Source: Clostridia bacterium (lineage in GTDB: Bacteria > Bacillota > Clostridia > Oscillospirales > CAG-272). Taken from it: DNA of 64,000 nt. Under the pieces are notes generated by a model that ran no database searches, had not been told where the DNA came from, and was given only the letters and a program-made list of their open reading frames with translations. Position 1 is the first letter of the stretch. Every line of letters starts with the position of its first letter. The stretch covers positions 29,133 through 93,132 of the forward strand of contig JAFVRO010000014.1 in the NCBI GenBank assembly GCA_017504205.1, in the 5' to 3' direction. Below, piece after piece: positions 1-10,106 of this stretch. A program made the position numbers and the translations under genes.

Positions 1-5
1 AGGGT

Positions 6-524
6 TTATTTTAGCATATCGGACACGTCTTTATATAGCTTTGTGTAGTCATCAGTTGCAAATGAGCTGCTCAAGACATAAGAATACATACGGTCTCCAT
101 CAACCATTATTACACTGTCTTCGGTGAGTATAAGCTGAAAGATCGAAGTTTCGTCGGAATATGCCCGAAGTCTGATTCCCCACGCACCAAGTGATGAGGC
201 AACTACAGTGTCAGCCTTGAGATTTTTCACAGTGCCGTTCAGTCTTGATATAAGCGCTGACACCTTTGCTTTATCGGTAACAAGCGTTTCCCTGCCCCCG
301 TTACCGCTCTGTTCTGACATAGAGTTAAGATCGGTGATAAGAATACGTGTTACGGTATCATTTGACGCGGTATACTCAGCGATATCGTCGAGAAGGCTAT
401 TTGCCCTTATAGTTGGTATAGCAAGAATTATACCGAGCACCGCTATCGCAGATATTACTAAGAGCGCGGCAATGAGTATTTTTTTTAATAATGAACTATT
501 ATGATGAATTTTAATTTTTTTCAC
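6..524 (-). CDS. Hypothetical protein with N-terminal membrane anchor
   Basis: 172-aa ORF. Basic N-terminus then one hydrophobic helix (ILIAALLVISAIAVLGIILAI). AAAGGAG RBS upstream; lies 19 bp after the germination gene. Confidence 0.7.
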   Translation of the reverse strand: MKKIKIHHNSSLLKKILIAALLVISAIAVLGIILAIPTIRANSLLDDIAEYTASNDTVTRILITDLNSMSEQSGNGGRETLVTDKAKVSALISRLNGTVKNLKADTVVASSLGAWGIRLRAYSDETSIFQLILTEDSVIMVDGDRMYSYVLSSSFATDDYTKLYKDVSDMLK

Positions 525-543
525 TGTCGCGATCTCCTTTCGA

Positions 544-1959
544 TCAATCGTGCTTTTTTACTCTGAAAAACAGAGCAGCCATTGCTTTGGCATTAAACGG
601 GATAAGCGGATAGAGATATTTTCGGTTACCGTTGACGGTTTTATTGGTTGCGATGAGGATGAAAACCAAGGCAAGTCCTATTGCAAATCCCCAAATATTA
701 AACAATGCCACGAAAATCAGCAATAATATGCGCAAAAATTTAAAGGCGTATCCCAATTCATAGCTTGACTGGGAAAAGTTGGCGATAGTAACGAATGCCA
801 TATATAGTATTACCTCGGGGATAAGCCATCCTATTGCGATTGCAAAATCTCCGAGTATCAGACCTCCGACCACTGACAGGGAGTTTGTGAGCATATTCGG
901 AGTATTCATCGACGCCATTCGCATACCGTCAATAATGAATTCAGTTATCAAAAGTTGTGCTAAGATCGGAATTCGTCCACGCTCGGACGGAATTATAAAA
1001 GACAGCCAATCGGGAACGAGCTCAACGTTATTGATAAGAAGATACCAAAGGGGTATCATAAACAGAGTAAGCCAGCTTACTGCGTGTCGGACAAGGCGAA
1101 GATAGGTTCCGGTCAGAGGTGGGAAGTAATAATCGTTGGTTTCCTGCAAAAAATCAAAGATTGAAGTTGGGAGTATCATTGCCTCGGGGGTGTTATCGCA
1201 AAGTAGGATAAGTCTTCCTTCTTCAAGATGTGCGGCGGCGTTATCGGGACGCTCGGTGCATCTGATTTTAGGAAATGGGTTATACCAATTTGTTTTAAGC
1301 AGGCATTCCGCTATCGACTGATGCCCCATTGTAAGGCTACCTGTTTTTATTGAACTGAGTTTTTCTTTTATTTTGCTGACGTAACCGGGGTCGGCACGGT
1401 CAGCCATATAGCAAAGCACCACGTCTGTTTTGGAGCTTGAGCCGATAGACATATAATGCATAGTCAGCGAGGTATCTCTTATTCTTCTGCGAATAAGGGC
1501 GGTATTGAAGATCAAGGTTTCTACGAATCCGTCGCGTGCACCGCGTATCACTCTGTCGCTCTCGGGCTCCTGTGTGCTTCTGGCGGGATAAGTGCGGGAG
1601 TCAATCAGTATTGCTTTGTCTTCAAAATGTTTGCCGAGAACAAGTGTTGCGCCGGACATCACCATATGGAGCATCTGATCCACCGAATCGGTTGCCTCCG
1701 CCTCGACATACGGGATATTTTCATTTACAAAGACGGCGGCGGTAGAAGCTCCCTGCGCCTTTAGCTCTTTTATTGAAAGCAAGTATATCATCAGCTTCTG
1801 CATCGCTCCGTCTTTGACGAAGCCGTCGATATAGTAAAGCGTCAGCTCGCTATCGGCGATGACGAGAGTCTTCTTGATTATATCAAAATTTTCATTTACA
1901 CGAAGCAAAGAATCAATATTACGGATATTGTCCGTATAAGAAACGGTCAGCTTTTGCAT
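544..1959 (-). CDS. Spore germination protein, GerA/SpoVAF family
   Basis: Motifs EPESDRVIRGARDGFVETL, NTALIRRRIRD, TERPD, SVVGGLILGDFAI and a C-terminal multi-TM region ending YLYPLIPFN. Confidence 0.9.
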   Translation of the reverse strand: MQKLTVSYTDNIRNIDSLLRVNENFDIIKKTLVIADSELTLYYIDGFVKDGAMQKLMIYLLSIKELKAQGASTAAVFVNENIPYVEAEATDSVDQMLHMVMSGATLVLGKHFEDKAILIDSRTYPARSTQEPESDRVIRGARDGFVETLIFNTALIRRRIRDTSLTMHYMSIGSSSKTDVVLCYMADRADPGYVSKIKEKLSSIKTGSLTMGHQSIAECLLKTNWYNPFPKIRCTERPDNAAAHLEEGRLILLCDNTPEAMILPTSIFDFLQETNDYYFPPLTGTYLRLVRHAVSWLTLFMIPLWYLLINNVELVPDWLSFIIPSERGRIPILAQLLITEFIIDGMRMASMNTPNMLTNSLSVVGGLILGDFAIAIGWLIPEVILYMAFVTIANFSQSSYELGYAFKFLRILLLIFVALFNIWGFAIGLALVFILIATNKTVNGNRKYLYPLIPFNAKAMAALFFRVKKHD

Positions 1960-2040
1960 AGTTACACCTCAAAACATTATTATTTCTATGTTTTGCTGAA
2001 TAAGGCTTTTTTATACAAAAGCTGGCATATTTTATTCGTC

Positions 2041-3210
2041 TTATTCCTTGGACTCGGAAATCTCGAAGGTGGATCTTTCGCAGAGCTGATCCATAAGCTT
2101 TCCGTATCTGAATGCGCCCATGAGATAGTCCTTGCCGTAGTAGTTGACTATAGCCTCTGTTGTTGTGTTATTGAGTTCGGCAATTTCTTTTAGCTCAGTC
2201 TCATATTCCGACTCAGATAACGTAACGCCGAGAATCTTATACAGAGCATTCAGGACGACATCGTATTTTGCGGATTCCGTAGCCTCTTTGACGAGCTGAT
2301 CCTCGGTGACGCCGGCGGAAATAAGTATAGATTCATATGACATACCGTACATATCGGCCATAGACTGATAATATGCTTTCGCCTTTGCGAGATAGTGATC
2401 AACCTGCTGAGTCGGTTCTTTAACAAATACTGCGGCTTCGTATATTGCATCCCAAAGAGCTTCGCGTTCCTCCTGAGCAACTACGGCCTTTTTCTCCTCA
2501 ATGAGGAGATTTTTATAATATGTCTCGAAATCGGCTACGTTAGTATATTCTTTTGAGGTAAGCTGTGACACCATTTCATCGGTAAGTGCTTCGGGAAGCT
2601 TCTTCTCGACTATATGGTTTACGGTAATCTTGAACACTGCTTCCTTACCTGCCATATCTGGGTTATTGGGATAGGACTCTGGGAAGGTGACTGTAGTTTC
2701 CACCTGTGTACCCGGCATAATGCCGTAAAGGTCAGCATCAAATCCGGGGATATAACCCGTCTGTTCGCTAAGAGTAATGCTCTGCCCCTTTGCAGTACCG
2801 CCTTCAAACTTAACGCCGTCAATGTAGCCTTCAAAGTCGATATTAAGGATATCTCCCTTTTGGGTAACACGGTCGGTCACCTTTACTGTTTCGGCAAAAT
2901 TTGAAAGTAATTTCTTTATGTTTTCCTGATATTCGGCGTCGGTGAGCTCCTTTGATCGGGTTTTAATCACAAATCCTTCGAATTTTGTGAGGGTAACAAA
3001 TTCTGCAAGGTCAAGGTTTTCAAAGTCCATCTGAGGGGGGAGCGTTTCTGCATCGGTCTCGGGAGTGGTATCCGATACGCTTTCGGAGGATGATTCACCT
3101 GATGTGTCTTCTCCGTTACCAAATATTTTGGACAGTTGGCAGGAGCAGACTGATAGTAGCATAATAATGCAGAGTGTCAATGCGACTGACACGAAAATAA
3201 ATCTTTTCAT
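2041..3210 (-). CDS. Trigger-factor-like FKBP PPIase with signal peptide/lipobox, no ribosome-binding domain
   Basis: TF-type FKBP (GDILNIDFEGYIDGVKFEGG, YIPGF, TVTFPESY, AGKEAVFKITV) followed by a helical TF C-domain. N-terminus MKR + hydrophobic stretch + VCSC, then an acidic linker. Confidence 0.85.
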   Translation of the reverse strand: MKRFIFVSVALTLCIIMLLSVCSCQLSKIFGNGEDTSGESSSESVSDTTPETDAETLPPQMDFENLDLAEFVTLTKFEGFVIKTRSKELTDAEYQENIKKLLSNFAETVKVTDRVTQKGDILNIDFEGYIDGVKFEGGTAKGQSITLSEQTGYIPGFDADLYGIMPGTQVETTVTFPESYPNNPDMAGKEAVFKITVNHIVEKKLPEALTDEMVSQLTSKEYTNVADFETYYKNLLIEEKKAVVAQEEREALWDAIYEAAVFVKEPTQQVDHYLAKAKAYYQSMADMYGMSYESILISAGVTEDQLVKEATESAKYDVVLNALYKILGVTLSESEYETELKEIAELNNTTTEAIVNYYGKDYLMGAFRYGKLMDQLCERSTFEISESKE

Positions 3211-3250
3211 ATTAGCACCTTAGTATTTATATAAATTTAATTGGTAAGAA

Positions 3251-3285
3251 AAAGACTCACCCTATGTCAAACAGAATGAGTCTTT
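3251..3285 (-). terminator. Intrinsic terminator after rpmF
   Basis: AAAGACTCA...TGAGTCTTT inverted repeat with a T-run on the minus strand. Confidence 0.6.
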
Positions 3286-3313
3286 ATCGGCTGATAGGTT
3301 GCTGAAGAATGAC

Positions 3314-3511
3314 TTACGCCTCTTTCTTCTCAACTTCGCATACCTTTTTGCCATCGTAATAGCCGCAAGCCTTGCAGACACGATGAGCGAGTACGTATTC
3401 GTTGCACTCAGGGTTTGAGCATTTAGTCATACCGGGGAATACGAGCTTCCATGTGCTGGAGCGTCTTTTATCTCTGCGTGCTTTAGATGTTTTTCTCTTT
3501 GGTACTGCCAT
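3314..3511 (-). CDS. rpmF: 50S ribosomal protein bL32 (Zn-ribbon type)
   Basis: [19 protein letters not shown]...[12 protein letters not shown]; AAGGAGG RBS. Confidence 0.97.
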   Translation of the reverse strand: MAVPKRKTSKARRDKRRSSTWKLVFPGMTKCSNPECNEYVLAHRVCKACGYYDGKKVCEVEKKEA

Positions 3512-3611
3512 ACCTACACCTCCTTATCTTCGTGACGGATCTCCCGTTTCACTCAGAATTTATAATAAAATATTTTTTGCTTTTGCCTTTGCTTTAGGAG
3601 CTTTTACTCGG

Positions 3612-4130
3612 TCACTCATCAAGCTGGTCGATAATGCTTTGAAGCACGGCAAGTCTTGGGTCGACTTCTTTCTTGTCTGAGCAACCGCAATCTCCGTCAG
3701 CCTTTTTCTTTCCACATATAGGGCAAAGTCCCGGACAATCCTCACTGCACAGAAATCTCATTGGAAAATCAAGTATGAGTGCTTCCCTTACCTGTTCGTC
3801 GATGTCAATACATCCGTTGGTAACGATAGCATACTCATCCATATTCTCTTCAAGCTCTTCGTCGCTTACGGTTCCTTCCGCGGCAACGGTAAGAGTCATT
3901 TCCGTTTTGAAAACGTCACGCACCTCGTCCATACATCTGGCGCACTGTGTGATGAACGGCACCTCTGCATTCAAATGCAATTGAATATAACCACCGTTAT
4001 CGGTAACCTTACCGACAACATGAGCGTCTTTACTGAACTCGACATCTCCCATAGCTTCTGCCGCGAGATCAAATTCAAATTCGATAACGTCGGTTTCTCC
4101 GCGCAAAAGACTGCCAATGTCCAATTTCAT
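3612..4130 (-). CDS. yceD: YceD/DUF177 family protein
   Basis: CARC, LCSEDCPGLCPICG, DPRLAVL; upstream of rpmF. Start moved to ATG 4130 (GGAGG upstream) because the listed TTG at 4208 is the -35 box. Confidence 0.9.
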   Translation of the reverse strand: MKLDIGSLLRGETDVIEFEFDLAAEAMGDVEFSKDAHVVGKVTDNGGYIQLHLNAEVPFITQCARCMDEVRDVFKTEMTLTVAAEGTVSDEELEENMDEYAIVTNGCIDIDEQVREALILDFPMRFLCSEDCPGLCPICGKKKADGDCGCSDKKEVDPRLAVLQSIIDQLDE

Positions 4131-4179
4131 CCGCTTTATTATCCTCCAAATTACAAATATGCAAAATGCAACGATTATC

Positions 4180-4208
4180 ATTATAATATATTTATGTCTT
4201 TTTGTCAA
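4180..4208 (-). promoter_or_regulatory. sigmaA promoter of yceD-rpmF
   Basis: TTGACA (4208-4203), 17 bp, TATAAT (4185-4180): perfect consensus. Confidence 0.85.
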
Positions 4209-4340
4209 GTGCTTTTTTGAGATTTTTTGATTATATCTATAAAGCTAAAAAAAAGTAAAGGAAATCAAGCGAAATATATTTAAAAAAGTTCAGAATAATG
4301 GTATAATATATTGGAATAAAGGTTGGATGGAGGTAGTTCC

Positions 4341-5261
4341 GTGCTTAAAGAGTTCAGAAAATATTCATACGGTGAGAAAGAGCTTCTTAATATTCCCGAA
4401 AGACCCGAGCGGTCGCACAAGGGAACGTTTGGAAGGCTCCTGGTTATCGGCGGAAGTTACGGGATGAGCGGCGCTGCGTATTTCAGCGCTCACGCGGCGT
4501 ACCGAAGCGGTGTCGGGCTTGTAGAGATATATTCCGACGAGGAGAACCGAGGCATTTTGCAAACGCTTATACCGGAAGCTATTATAACAGGCTATTCCAC
4601 AGAAACGTACGACTCAGGCGATTTGCGTGTGGCTATAAGGCGTTGCGATGCTATTTCAATTGGAATGGGGCTCGGTTGCAGTAACACAGCGCGCACTGTT
4701 CTGGCGACAGTGCTTCAGGAGAGCCGTGTTCCGACGGTAATTGACGCGGATGCACTCAATCTTATTGCACATGACGGTGAGCTTTTCAGACTTATGTGCG
4801 AAAGACGGGATAACGCGGCAGGGGTGATCGTCACTCCGCATTTTGGAGAAATGTCGAGGTTGTGCGGCGTATCTATATCGGACATTGCAAATGACACCGT
4901 ACATATTGCCAAAGACTTTGCTGACAGAACGGGCGCGGTTTGTTTATTGAAGGACCGTAACACCGTAGTATGTGAGCCCGGATGTGATGACATATTTATC
5001 AATACAAGCGGATGCTCGGGGCTTGCGACGGCGGGAAGCGGAGACGTTCTTGCGGGTATTATCGGCGCTTTGTGTGCGTACGGAGTTCCCTCTGCGGAGG
5101 CGGCGCGGCTTGGGGCGTATGTTCATGGGCTTGCAGGAGAGGTGGCATCGGCAAAATTGAGTGAATACTCGGTTATGGCACGGGATATAATTGATTCACT
5201 CACCTTCGTTTTTCGACGCGCCGAGATTTTCAGATCAGAAAAAGGTATGCCGAAGCGGTAA
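4341..5261 (+). CDS. nnrD: ADP-dependent NAD(P)H-hydrate dehydratase (YjeF C-domain only)
   Basis: HKGTFG, GGS.GMSGAA, VIDADAL, TPHFGEMSRL, LATAGSGDVLAG. GTG start after GGAGG. Confidence 0.9.
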   Translation: MLKEFRKYSYGEKELLNIPERPERSHKGTFGRLLVIGGSYGMSGAAYFSAHAAYRSGVGLVEIYSDEENRGILQTLIPEAIITGYSTETYDSGDLRVAIRRCDAISIGMGLGCSNTARTVLATVLQESRVPTVIDADALNLIAHDGELFRLMCERRDNAAGVIVTPHFGEMSRLCGVSISDIANDTVHIAKDFADRTGAVCLLKDRNTVVCEPGCDDIFINTSGCSGLATAGSGDVLAGIIGALCAYGVPSAEAARLGAYVHGLAGEVASAKLSEYSVMARDIIDSLTFVFRRAEIFRSEKGMPKR

Positions 5262-5277
5262 CAAATGATGATCTTAT

Positions 5278-5838
5278 TTGAAGTTTAAGAATATCAAAAC
5301 ACTTGTGCCCATATTGACAAGACCGGAACCTTGCGGTATGAACAAGTACTATCCTAAAACCGAACGTGTAAAGGCACACCCCGGACAGTTGTTCAAATAT
5401 GCCAATGTAGAAATAGAGATGCTATATTCGCTTGAGTTCAACGCACCCAATGTGCTTGAATTTTATAACAATTCAAGCCTCGTTAACAAGGTCTTCGTGC
5501 ATGGTCAAAGCATTATGATGACCGGTGATATGGGACCTGAAGCTAATCCCATTTGTCGAAAATATTATGGCAACTATTTGAAGAGCGATTTTTACCAAGT
5601 TGCTCATCACGGCGGTCAAGGTGGAAGCAATGAGTTCAATAAACTCTGCAACCCAAAGTATGTTTTGTGGCCTGTAGGTGAACGCAGTTACCAATCTTTA
5701 AAAGACCATTCATATAACTCTTGGCTTTCAACATCAGGAACCGTAGATATTTTCTTCCCTGCGTGGTATCATACTACAGTAATAAATCTCCCGTTTGACG
5801 GAAAGGAATCTTCATACGAGGTTTATCCTAATAAATAA
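5278..5838 (+). pseudogene. C-terminal fragment of a ComEC-like metallo-beta-lactamase-fold hydrolase
   Basis: Has NNSSLV, MTGD and QVAHHG motifs but no HxHxDH motif and no RBS before any possible start. Confidence 0.55.
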
Positions 5839-5849
5839 TTAATACCTAA

Positions 5850-5884
5850 AGACCAGCTCAAATTCAATGAGCTGGTCTCTTTTT
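5850..5884. terminator. Terminator between convergent genes
   Basis: AGACCAGCTCA-7nt-TGAGCTGGTCT followed by a T-run. Confidence 0.75.
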
Positions 5885-5886
5885 AT

Positions 5887-6621
5887 TTATTCCTCGCAGT
5901 TTTCCCAGTTATGGTAAACGTTGATTACATCCTCGTTATCCTCGAGCATCTCAAGCATAAGCGTCATATGGCGGATATTATCCTCGTTTGTCATGGTGAC
6001 GTATGTCTGAGGAATACGGTCCTTTTCTGCGGACTCTATCTTATAGCCCTGAGCCTCAAGTGCATCTCTTACGGGATAGAGGTCGTCGGTCTCGGTGTAT
6101 ATCTCAAACACGTCGCTGTCCTCTTCTGCGACGAAATCTGCGGCACCTGCTTCAAGAGCTGCCTCCATAAGTGCGTCCTCATCTACATCCTCCTTGAGAA
6201 TTACTATAACGCCCTTCTCGTCGAACATATAACTTACGCATCCGGATGAACCGAGGTTGCCGCCAAATTTATCAAAGGCGTGTCTTACCTCACCCGCAGT
6301 TCTGTTTCTGTTATCTGTCGTAGTTTCAACGATAACTGCGACTCCCTCAGGGCCGTAGCCCTCGTAGGTAATTTCTTCGTAATCAGTGCTATCTGCGCCG
6401 AGAGCCTTTTTGATGGTTCTTTCGATATTATCATTAGGAACATTATTGGCTCTTGCTTTGGCAATAAGGTCACGGAGACGTGAGTTACTTGCGGGATCAC
6501 CGCCACCTTCTTTTACTGCGATGGTGATCTCCTTGGCAATTCTGGTAAAGACACTTGCTCTTGCGGCATCTGCCTTTGCTTTCTTATGCTTGATATTATT
6601 CCATTTACTATGTCCTGACAT
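5887..6621 (-). CDS. yebC: YebC/PmpR family protein
   Basis: MSGHSKWNNIKHKK, YEGYGP, TDNRNRT, C-terminal VYHN. Confidence 0.95.
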   Translation of the reverse strand: MSGHSKWNNIKHKKAKADAARASVFTRIAKEITIAVKEGGGDPASNSRLRDLIAKARANNVPNDNIERTIKKALGADSTDYEEITYEGYGPEGVAVIVETTTDNRNRTAGEVRHAFDKFGGNLGSSGCVSYMFDEKGVIVILKEDVDEDALMEAALEAGAADFVAEEDSDVFEIYTETDDLYPVRDALEAQGYKIESAEKDRIPQTYVTMTNEDNIRHMTLMLEMLEDNEDVINVYHNWENCEE

Positions 6622-6648
6622 ATTAATTTCCTCACTTTATATATGTTT

Positions 6649-8370
6649 TTATATTTTTTCAGTTTTCTTAAGGCAGATGAGCTCAAATGCGTTTCCAAGC
6701 ACATATCCTGCCGCCTCGGTCAGTTTAAGACGGAATGCGACGGTCTGTTCATCGGTGGCGTTGAGTATCTGACAGTTGTGATAGAAGCGGTTAAATTCGG
6801 CGGCAACGTCGAGGATATATCTCGTGATGACCGAGGGCTCAAGATCTCTTACTGCGGTGAGAACTTTTTCGGGGAATTTTGCGAGCACCTTAAGAAGGTT
6901 TGCCTCTTCCTGTGCGGTAATACGGTCACTCGATGTATATTTGTCCGCGCCTGTCTTTCTTGCTTTTTCAAGCACTGAACAGGTACGCGCGTAGGTGTAC
7001 TGAACGTACGGGCCTGTATTTCCCTCAAAGCTCAGTGCATCCTCAAGTCTGAAGTCGATATCTTTAATTCTATTGCCGAGCAGGTAGTAGAAAACTACGG
7101 CGCCGACGCCGACCGCCTCTGCAGTCTCTTCCTTATTGGCAATATTGGGATTCTTCTCGGTCATTATGTCTGCGACCTTTGATATTGCCATATCGAAGAG
7201 GTCCTTGAGAAGAATTACGTTACCGGTACGGGTAGCAAGCTTTTCGCCGTTAATGCTGACAGTTCCGTAAGGAACGTGGATAAGTTTATCGTACCAATCG
7301 TAGCCCATAAGCTCAACCACCTTGAACCACTGAGCGAAGTGCAGACTCTGGGCGGAGCTTGTAACGTAGATACATTTATCAAAATCGTAGGTATTCTTTC
7401 TATATACTGCGGCGGCGATATCACGGGTAGGATAAAGAGTTGATCCGTCGCGTTTAAGAATGAGGCATGGAGGCATATTATAGTCTGCAAGGTCAACGAG
7501 GGATGCGCCGTCATCTATCTTTAAAAGGTTCATCTGACGGAGCTTTTCGACCTGAGCGGGCATTTTATCGGTGTAAAAGCTCTCTCCGGCGTAGCTATCG
7601 AACTCGATTCCGAGCTGACGGTAGGTCTTTTTGTATTCCTTGACGCTGATTTCGATAAACCATTTCCAAAGTTCGATATTATCGGGATCGTTCTGCTCAA
7701 GCTTATGAAATTCCTTACGCGCGGCGTCCTCAAGGGATTTATCAAGCTCTGCCTCATGGTGGAATTTTACATAAAGCTCAACGAGCTTATCAACTCCGCC
7801 GACTTCGACCTCTTCCCTATTACCCCAGAGGCGGTATGCGACTATCATTTTACCGAACTGCGTACCCCAGTCACCGAGATAGTTGATGCCCACGCACTTA
7901 TAGCCGAGAAATTCATGAAGCTTTTTGATGGAGTGACCTATTACGGTCGTACCGAGGTGTCCTATATGGAAGGGCTTTGCGACGTTGGGGGATGAGTAGT
8001 CGAGCACTACGGTTTTGCCTTTTCCTATTGTCTGTGAGCCGTATTTGTTACCGCCACTCAGTATTTCGGTAAGAAGCGTTGTGGCAAGGTAATCATTTGA
8101 AATATATATATTCAGATACCCGTTGACGTTCTCAATGCGCTCGATGGGTTCGCCTGCGATACCTGCTTTCAATATCTCGGCAATCTGAATGGGAGAGCGA
8201 CGCAAAGTTTTACTGAATCTGAAGCACGGAAGAGAGATATCTCCGAAGCTTGATTCCGGCGGATATTCGAACATATCACGGATGCTCTCTGCCTCAACGA
8301 CGGTTCCGTTCCAATTATCGCTGATAGCTTTGGATATTTTTTCAGCTAAAATTTGTTTGATTTCAATCAT
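6649..8370 (-). CDS. argS: Arginine--tRNA ligase
   Basis: DYSSPNVAKPFHIGHL (HIGH), NYLGDWGTQFG, GNTGPYVQY, FNRFYHNC. Confidence 0.96.
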   Translation of the reverse strand: MIEIKQILAEKISKAISDNWNGTVVEAESIRDMFEYPPESSFGDISLPCFRFSKTLRRSPIQIAEILKAGIAGEPIERIENVNGYLNIYISNDYLATTLLTEILSGGNKYGSQTIGKGKTVVLDYSSPNVAKPFHIGHLGTTVIGHSIKKLHEFLGYKCVGINYLGDWGTQFGKMIVAYRLWGNREEVEVGGVDKLVELYVKFHHEAELDKSLEDAARKEFHKLEQNDPDNIELWKWFIEISVKEYKKTYRQLGIEFDSYAGESFYTDKMPAQVEKLRQMNLLKIDDGASLVDLADYNMPPCLILKRDGSTLYPTRDIAAAVYRKNTYDFDKCIYVTSSAQSLHFAQWFKVVELMGYDWYDKLIHVPYGTVSINGEKLATRTGNVILLKDLFDMAISKVADIMTEKNPNIANKEETAEAVGVGAVVFYYLLGNRIKDIDFRLEDALSFEGNTGPYVQYTYARTCSVLEKARKTGADKYTSSDRITAQEEANLLKVLAKFPEKVLTAVRDLEPSVITRYILDVAAEFNRFYHNCQILNATDEQTVAFRLKLTEAAGYVLGNAFELICLKKTEKI

Positions 8371-8406
8371 AATTTATTAGTCCTTTCGTTTGCTTACAAT
8401 AGCAAA

Positions 8407-10083
8407 TCAATAATTATTACCTTCGTTTATCATTTCTGCGGCGGCGGTCCTTTGCGCGTCCGTGACGTTGATGCCGCCGAGTATTCTTGCTATTTCCTCT
8501 ACACGATCGTTGTAATCAAGCACGGCAACAGACGTTCTGGTATCCGTTTCGGTATCGGATTTAGAGATCAAGTAATGGGCATCTGCAAGAGATGCTATCT
8601 GCGCGGAGTGAGTCACGCAAATGACCTGAACGTTTTTGGCAGTCTGTTTAAGTTTAATGCCGACTTTGTGTGAGGTTTTGCCTGAAATTCCGGTATCCAC
8701 CTCATCGTATATGACGGTGCCTACATTATCTTTATCGGACAACACGCTTTTTAGAGCCAGCATTATTCTTGACAGCTCACCGCCCGACGCGATTTTGATA
8801 AGGGGCATTGGATCATCACCCTTATTTGTGGCGATCAGCAATTCTACATCGTCAAGTCCATCCGGAGACAGGCGGTCGAGTTGGTTTATACCGACCTTGA
8901 ATCTTACGCCTGACATATCGAGATACCTAAGCGTATCGATAATGCGCGCTTCGAGTATTGCCGCCGCTTCTTTTCGCTTTTCACTCAGCTTTTCAGCAAG
9001 AGCAAGTGCTTTTGATTCTATCAGTGCTATATATTTGTCGAGCTCGTCGGTACGAGCGGCACTATTCTCAAGTTTTGAAAGCTCGGCTTCTGCCATTTCC
9101 TTATATTCAAGTATCTGAGGAATGCTTGATCCGTATTTGCGTTTCAGTTTTGAAACTGCATCGAGGACTGACTCAATCTTATTGATTCTCTCGGTGGCAT
9201 CCTCGCAATCATCGTCGGTATAAGCACTTACAGTTTCCGCAATATCCATTACCTCATATTTCATATCCGTAAGTCTTTCGATAAGACCGCCGAGGTCGGG
9301 GATAGCATCTGAAATACTCTGGAGTGAGGCAATGGCTCGATCGAATATGTAATAAGCGGACGCGCCTCTGTCACTTCCGTAGAGGATTTTATAGGCAAAC
9401 TTTGTTTGTTTATTTACTCTTTCGAGACTAAGTAGCCTTTTCTTTTCCTTTTCAAGCTTATCCTCGGTATCGGGCTTAAGACCTGCGCCCGAGATGTCAG
9501 CTATCTGATAGCGAAGCATTTCTATACGTCTTAAGCGTTCAGCCTCGCCAAGTGTAAGCTCGTTCAGTTCTTTTCTTGCCTTAACAAGCTCTGAGTACTG
9601 TATTCTGTATTCAGCAAGCAGGTCGGAAAGCTCTGCGAATGCGTCAAGCAGGCTGAGATGATAACTCTTCTGAAGAAGACGTTGATTATCGTTCTGTCCG
9701 TGAATATTCACAAGGCAATGGGCTATCTCGCGTTGGATGGCTTTGGTTATCGGTTGACCGTTAAGCTTTACCGAAGATCTTCCCTCTTTAGTAAGAGTGC
9801 ATTGAATCATCAGCGAATCGTCCTCAATGGCAAAGCCAAGTGTGGAAATGGCTCGGACAGTTGGTTCATCGAGCCCTTCAAATACACCGACGACAGTTGC
9901 CTTATCGCAGCCCTTTCTTACAAGTTCACGAGAAACACGGTTACCGAGAAGCATATTGATACTATCAACGATAATAGATTTACCCGCTCCCGTTTCGCCG
10001 GTAAGGACCGAAAATCCCGCGCTGAAATCTACACTCAGCTTACTTATTACGGCTATATTTTCGATATACAATGAACTCAGCAT
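8407..10083 (-). CDS. recN: DNA repair protein RecN
   Basis: LTGETGAGKS, IHGQ, ASGGELSRIMLA, DEVDTGISG, CVTH. Confidence 0.96.
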   Translation of the reverse strand: MLSSLYIENIAVISKLSVDFSAGFSVLTGETGAGKSIIVDSINMLLGNRVSRELVRKGCDKATVVGVFEGLDEPTVRAISTLGFAIEDDSLMIQCTLTKEGRSSVKLNGQPITKAIQREIAHCLVNIHGQNDNQRLLQKSYHLSLLDAFAELSDLLAEYRIQYSELVKARKELNELTLGEAERLRRIEMLRYQIADISGAGLKPDTEDKLEKEKKRLLSLERVNKQTKFAYKILYGSDRGASAYYIFDRAIASLQSISDAIPDLGGLIERLTDMKYEVMDIAETVSAYTDDDCEDATERINKIESVLDAVSKLKRKYGSSIPQILEYKEMAEAELSKLENSAARTDELDKYIALIESKALALAEKLSEKRKEAAAILEARIIDTLRYLDMSGVRFKVGINQLDRLSPDGLDDVELLIATNKGDDPMPLIKIASGGELSRIMLALKSVLSDKDNVGTVIYDEVDTGISGKTSHKVGIKLKQTAKNVQVICVTHSAQIASLADAHYLISKSDTETDTRTSVAVLDYNDRVEEIARILGGINVTDAQRTAAAEMINEGNNY

Positions 10084-10106
10084 TGTTTTATCCTTTCTTT
10101 AATTTC

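Noticed and set aside
1960-2040. Forespore sigmaF/sigmaG promoter for the germination gene
   Set aside because: GTATA is present on the minus strand but the -10 match is only partial, so I cannot support it.
4131-4208. N-terminal 'TM' extension of YceD in the ORF track
   Set aside because: The TTG start is the -35 hexamer of a perfect promoter; the RBS-supported ATG is at 4130.
8371-8406. T-box leader for argS
   Set aside because: The intergenic gap is only 36 bp and has no T-box consensus.
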